From assembly GCA_965203295.1 (NCBI GenBank), contig CBDBCZ010000017.1:608001-672000 (forward strand): a DNA stretch of 64,000 bases. Reading direction: 5' to 3'. This DNA comes from Nitrospirales bacterium (GTDB lineage: Bacteria > Nitrospirota > Nitrospiria > Nitrospirales > UBA8639). Each line of letters starts with the position of its first letter. The first letter of the stretch is position 1. A program made the position numbers and the translations under genes. The notes under the pieces were generated by a model. It was not told the DNA's origin, did no database searches, and saw only the letters and a program-made list of their open reading frames with translations. Shown piece by piece: positions 59,701 to 64,000 of the stretch.

Positions 59701-61783
59701 ACTCAAACCACAGGTATCAGTTTCAGGTGACTGCAACTGTGGAGGTTGCTGGCTACATTGTGGAAAGCAAGAAGTCCGTGGTGACAGACTATTCAGTGGT
59801 AACTATCGCCCCAGTTCCTCCATCTGCTAACACTATTTGCCTCAAGCCAGCAAGTCTCGGAGGAGTAGTTGTCGGCATCTTTGCCTTCACTACCTTCATT
59901 TTCCTAGTAGCCTTCCTGATTGTTACCTGCATTGTGAAGCGAGGAAAAGGTAAAGTATATAACACTGTAGCTGCATGAAATTAAATGTGACATTATATTC
60001 CAGGACTCGTTCCAGCAGAAGGCTTGGTTTAACATCTTACAACAGAATTATGTATCATCAGTATAAAAGCTAGGTGTGAGCGCTTGATCCAGCCCTGTTG
60101 TATAACCTCGTGTAAGCAATAATGCCATGCAGTGCCCTGGGGTCCAGGGTCTAAGTTAAGCCCTAAGTAAGGTTTTCTACGGTGGCCGACAGAGTCATTT
60201 CTCGTTCATCCTCACTGTTCACTGCTAAGCGATTTGACCCCGGGGGGCGCTAAGCGATTCGACCTCACTGTTCACCGCTCACTGCTCACCGCTTACGGCT
60301 CATCGCTAAGCGATTCGTCTCCAAACTGATTCACTACGAAAGTGAATCCACCCTGAGCCTTGATTAGTGATTAAATAAAGGAGCTGAACGAACGGGCTTA
60401 ATTAGCAAGCCACGTACGAATACCACCCGTGGAGGCCTAGCGTGTCTGTGATTCTGACTATGGAAGATATAGGGTAGCTAGCGCAATAGACAGCCACAAT
60501 CATGCAGGAGTTAAACTCGCATCATGAACGGTGAACAGTGTGGGTCGAATCGCTTAGCGGGGAACCGTAAGCGGTGAACAGTGTGGGTCGAATCGCTTAG
60601 CGGTGAACCGTAAACGGTGAACAGTGATGGTCGAATTGCTTAGCCGTGAAGAGTGAATGGTGAGGATCGAATCGCTTAGCGGTGAACAGTGAGGGTCCCC
60701 CTCGACCCTCACTGTTCACCGCTAAGTGATTCGACCCACACTGTTCACCGTTCATGATGCAAGTTTAACTACATAATAATGCTATCAATCCTGCATGATT
60801 GTGGCTGTCTATTGCGCTAGCTACCTTATATCTTGTTCACTGTTCACTGCTATGCGATTCCACCCTAAGCGATTGGAGCCTCACCGCTAATTGATTCGGC
60901 CCTAAGACTCACCACTCGCCGCTCACAGCTAAGCGATTCGACCCTAAGCGATTCATGAGCATTATTCAAAGGCAGCCTTCCCCTTTAAAGGTGCCAAGAG
61001 ACACATGTAGCATGCAGTAAGAATGTGCTAGAGTATACATGTAAACATACGCATGCCTAGTAGTCTAACAGCATGGAGAGAACACTACATGGGATTTTGA
61101 TTCGTGACACTCACCTTTCCCGACATATCATTAAGTAGACCTGCTTCCTCTTAAGCTTTCATGGACAGCCATGCTGCGATATCTTCTAACCCTACCTCAG
61201 ATACACTGCTATACAAACATGATGCGAGTTTAACTACATAATAATCCTGCATGATTGTGGCTGTCTATAGCGCTAGCTACCTTTTATCTTCCATAGTCAG
61301 AATCACAGACACACTAGGCCTCCACGGGTGGTATTCGTAGCTACGTGGCTTACTAATTAAGCCCAGCTCTCCTTTATTTAAAGGCTCAGGGTCGATTCGC
61401 TTTCGTAGTGAATCAGTTTGGAGTCGAATTGCTTAGCGGTGAGCGGTGAGCAGTGAGCGGTGAACAGTGAGGTCGAATCGCTTAGCGGTGAATAGTGAGG
61501 ATGAACGAGAAATGACTCTGTCGGCCACCGTAGTTGTCACCAGGGTCTAAGTTAAGCCCTAAGGAAGGTTTTCACCACTGGGGTCCAGGGTCTAAGTTAA
61601 GCCCTAAGATTTTCACCCCCTTTTTTTTCCTTCTGGGGTAAGAACTAGGCATACTTTTTTCGTATTTTGTCTATTTTAGTCATGCAAAGTGTTCATTATT
61701 ATTACTCAGTGGAAGTACAGAAGCGTCCAGTGGTCAGAAGGAGAAAACCTCCAACAGCACCGAAAACCGAGACGGAATCATAA
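53724..61783 (+). CDS. Single-pass receptor: SP - 3 pairs of Ig-like domains - 4x FN3 - TM - short non-catalytic tail
   Basis: Exons 53724-53803 (SP), Ig-like 54223-54563, 54649-54993, 55491-55796, 56030-56347, 56492-56857, 56953-57264; FN3 57361-57672, 58099-58386, 58721-58990, 59488-59949 (FN3+TM). The 3' end is uncertain: either exon 60004-60032 (GLVPAEGLV-stop) or 61710-61783 (EVQKRPVVRRRKPPTAPKTETES-stop). Confidence 0.85.
55168..55421. mobile_element. TTAA-flanked MITE plus a partial tandem duplicate
   Basis: TTAACCTTTTTACCAGTA ... TACTGGTGAAAGGGTTAA; ~110 bp right part repeated; same TAACGCCT(T/A)ATATAAAAA core as the 484 and 17285 copies. Confidence 0.65.
59295..59394. repeat. Short palindromic interspersed element (TAGCCTC...GAGGCTA family)
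   Basis: TAGCCTCATTCCCAGGCTCTACTGACCAGCTTTTTT / AAAAAAGCTGGTCATTAGAGCCGGGGAACGAGGCTA; relatives at ~6155-6201, ~43846-43922, ~57932-58043. Confidence 0.75.
60180..61530. mobile_element. Non-autonomous foldback-like DNA transposon with ~300+ bp TIRs
   Basis: TA-CGGTGGCCGACAGAGTCATTTCTCGTTCATCCTCAC ... GTGAGGATGAACGAGAAATGACTCTGTCGGCCACCG-TA; arms built of GCTAAGCGATTCGACC subrepeats; no ORF of 60 aa or more inside. Confidence 0.85.
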
Positions 61784-62274
61784 GTAGCGCAAAAGAATTC
61801 CTTATTATTTTATTGTACACATACTGGCCTGTCAGATCTGATGAAATTCCGTTAACTATGTGACTCTTTTGACGCACTGAAGCAAAGTGGGCAGGGGAGG
61901 GCCCTTGTCATGTGCAAATGGTTGCTAAAATTCTGCAATGTTATATTGTCTGTAGCTATGTAGAACATGATGACACTGTGCTATTAGTCATGCACTTGTA
62001 AGATGATATATAGGTCTGGGGGGACACGCCCTTTCAATTTCTTTGAAAGAGAATGTTTACTGTTTTCAGCATTATATTTCTACACAAAATATAGGCATCC
62101 CAAGTGCTAAAAACACCAGAGAGAGGAGCTCTGGCTATAGGAGTCATCATGCTGGTATAGTATTACAAAATCCTTGCAGGTCAATTTGGCATTGAGGCTT
62201 GTAAAGTAGCTACATGTAGCATAACGAGAAAATCTGTTTCCTCAACTTTTATTGTGAAATGTCATCTAATGATT

Positions 62275-62600
62275 ATGGCTTACCAGACCCAAGTTCATTA
62301 AGCGGCTTCTTATTTTTCTATTGTTCAAGAAGGGTTTTCTGCAGTGTGGATCATGTATAGCCACAGCTATTCAATGGTGCTGCAACGGTCTAGTCTCAGA
62401 CAGCTATAGTCAGTCTGGCAGGCGCAGGGTGCTCTCATTAGGCAGGCGCCCGAACTATATCCCAAATAACTGGTTGTGCACGATTTTGCACCGCATAATA
62501 ATTATCGCTATAGACAGTGCTAGTAAACACGTATTCTGGCAACGAATGCCCTCGGGACTTACGGTAGACGAGGTAGAGAGACGCCTTCAGTTCTACTCAT
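62275..62600 (-). pseudogene. Duplicated, deleted 5' fragment of the FSIP2-like/EF-hand/WW gene
   Basis: Exon 1 copy 62600-62563 and most of the HDPH exon (62285-62356) retained; sequence equivalent to ~51798-53229 is missing and no downstream exons follow. Confidence 0.8.
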
Positions 62601-62840
62601 CCCGGCTCCTTAGACTTTACAGATCTGGGTCACTTCCATGGTAACTTGGGTCCGGGAACGCCCACTATTGATGGTGGGAGGGGCTGCGGCATGCCAGGCC
62701 GGCCGGTCCATAATTCATATCTCAAAAAAAAAAATTGGCGCGAATTTGTCGCTTACGTCATGCGATTCATAACGGCCGGCCAGCCGCGCTCAACGATATC
62801 GATACCAACTGGCGGCCATGGTAACGTCTTCGAGAGCGCA

Positions 62841-64000
62841 ATGGAGCACCCCAGAGTCAGTGTCGTAGCTGCTGCGTTGATCACAATACTACTAGTACTG
62901 CAGCCACACAGTTGCCAGAGGTAACGTACAACCCATATAAAGCTAGCATAGTCATAGTGTGTATGAGCGCAAGTGTTCAGTCCACCATGCATAGATAGTA
63001 GTGTGCATACGAGTCCACCCTACAGGGCGTCCGGTTAGGTATCGCATCAACAATTCTCATTGTCATAGTTAGAACATTGTTATACTTGTTTATTCAATTT
63101 CCGTTAGAGACAGTACGTTAGCATTCACTTATTTTTAGGGTTTGAGTTACTACATGTAGGTTAGGGTTAGGGTTGGGTTAATAGAGTTTGGTTAGAGGCT
63201 AGGAAGCTAATCGTTGGGTTTAGCACTGGCTACAGAGCTTCATTTTCAAGCTATTCACTAGTTCACGAGTGTACATGTGCATGCATTCCCTATACAAATG
63301 TACATGTACATGCTAACGTAATGTCTCTAACGGCTTGTGTTTATTCTACAGCTACAATCCTACTGAGGGAGTTCATATCAACCTGGAAAGCAGAGGAGTC
63401 CCAAACCACGGCGTTTTGAACCAAGCTGACATAGGAACGGCAGAAGATAGCATCCTACACTGCCGCTCTGACAGTCCACGAGCGGACATTGGAACATGGT
63501 TTTATCCCAATGGAAGCGAGATCAGTTTCGAGAGCGAGGGAGAGATACTCTATCAGGAGAGAGGGGTTGGTGTGGTGAGTCTGTATTCCACGAGCAACAC
63601 CAGTATTCCGGAGGGCGTCTATAGTTGCGTAATGCCAGCAGAAGATGGAGAAATACATTCAGCATATGTTGGAATATATGCTGAAGATTCAGGTATCTCA
63701 GCTTAACTCATGAGTTCTTAACCTTTGAATTAGGGCCTCTCTTTTACCCTGCCTTTACTGAAACTAACTGTAGGCTTGCTTGTAAATTAATGTAGATGCA
63801 CAACTTCTAACTATTAGGTGCTCCGGTCATTTTAGAAGAAATATCCTTCCTTGCACTGACCACTATGGACGCTGCCACTCCAGTGTTTACCCTGACCTTG
63901 ACATCAAGTGGGGGGCCCGCCCCATTAGTCGTTTGGACTAGAGACTGTGTTCCGTTTCAAAGTGACAGCACACATGTCCAATCAATGACACTGCTGGACC
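62841..64000 (+). CDS. Second copy of the Ig/FN3 receptor (5' part only; runs off the window)
   Basis: Exons 62841-62920, 63352-63692, 63818->64000, near-identical to 53724-54830 including promoter and introns. Confidence 0.88.

Noticed and set aside
53724..59949. Calling the Ig/FN3 gene a receptor tyrosine phosphatase, Tie or DSCAM
   Set aside because: No catalytic exons are visible, and there are no arrays of mutually exclusive exons

Overview
Eukaryotic, intron-rich animal genomic DNA. A demosponge origin is inferred from the RTK C-terminal tail, the paired Ig-like exons and the short palindromic repeats; it is not proven. (1) 1-43013, minus strand: a tandem cluster of six related single-pass receptor genes. 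Five share a signal-peptide exon and two homologous ~175-aa six-Cys extracellular domains that I cannot assign to a family (called A and B here), plus a variable number of Sushi/CCP exons and a TM exon; the sixth is a relic. Three genes end in an intact tyrosine kinase and have 0, 6 and 1 Sushi domains. Three are kinase-less with Tyr-motif (ITIM-like/NxxY) tails: one intact with 8 Sushi domains, two degenerate. All ectodomain exons are phase 1-1, and the paralogs show mosaic variation and deletion scars. This looks like a paired-receptor recognition locus under birth-and-death evolution. (2) 43344-53472, minus strand: an ~18-exon gene combining an FSIP2/ERICH3-like N-terminal motif, a coiled coil and two (EF-hand pair + WW) units. 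(3) 53724-61783, plus strand, head-to-head with (2): a 6xIg-like/4xFN3/TM receptor with a short tail. A recent tandem duplicate starts at 62841 and runs off the window. Many MITEs and microsatellites are present. Exon boundaries were read by eye from GT-AG signals and frame continuity; no database searches were run.
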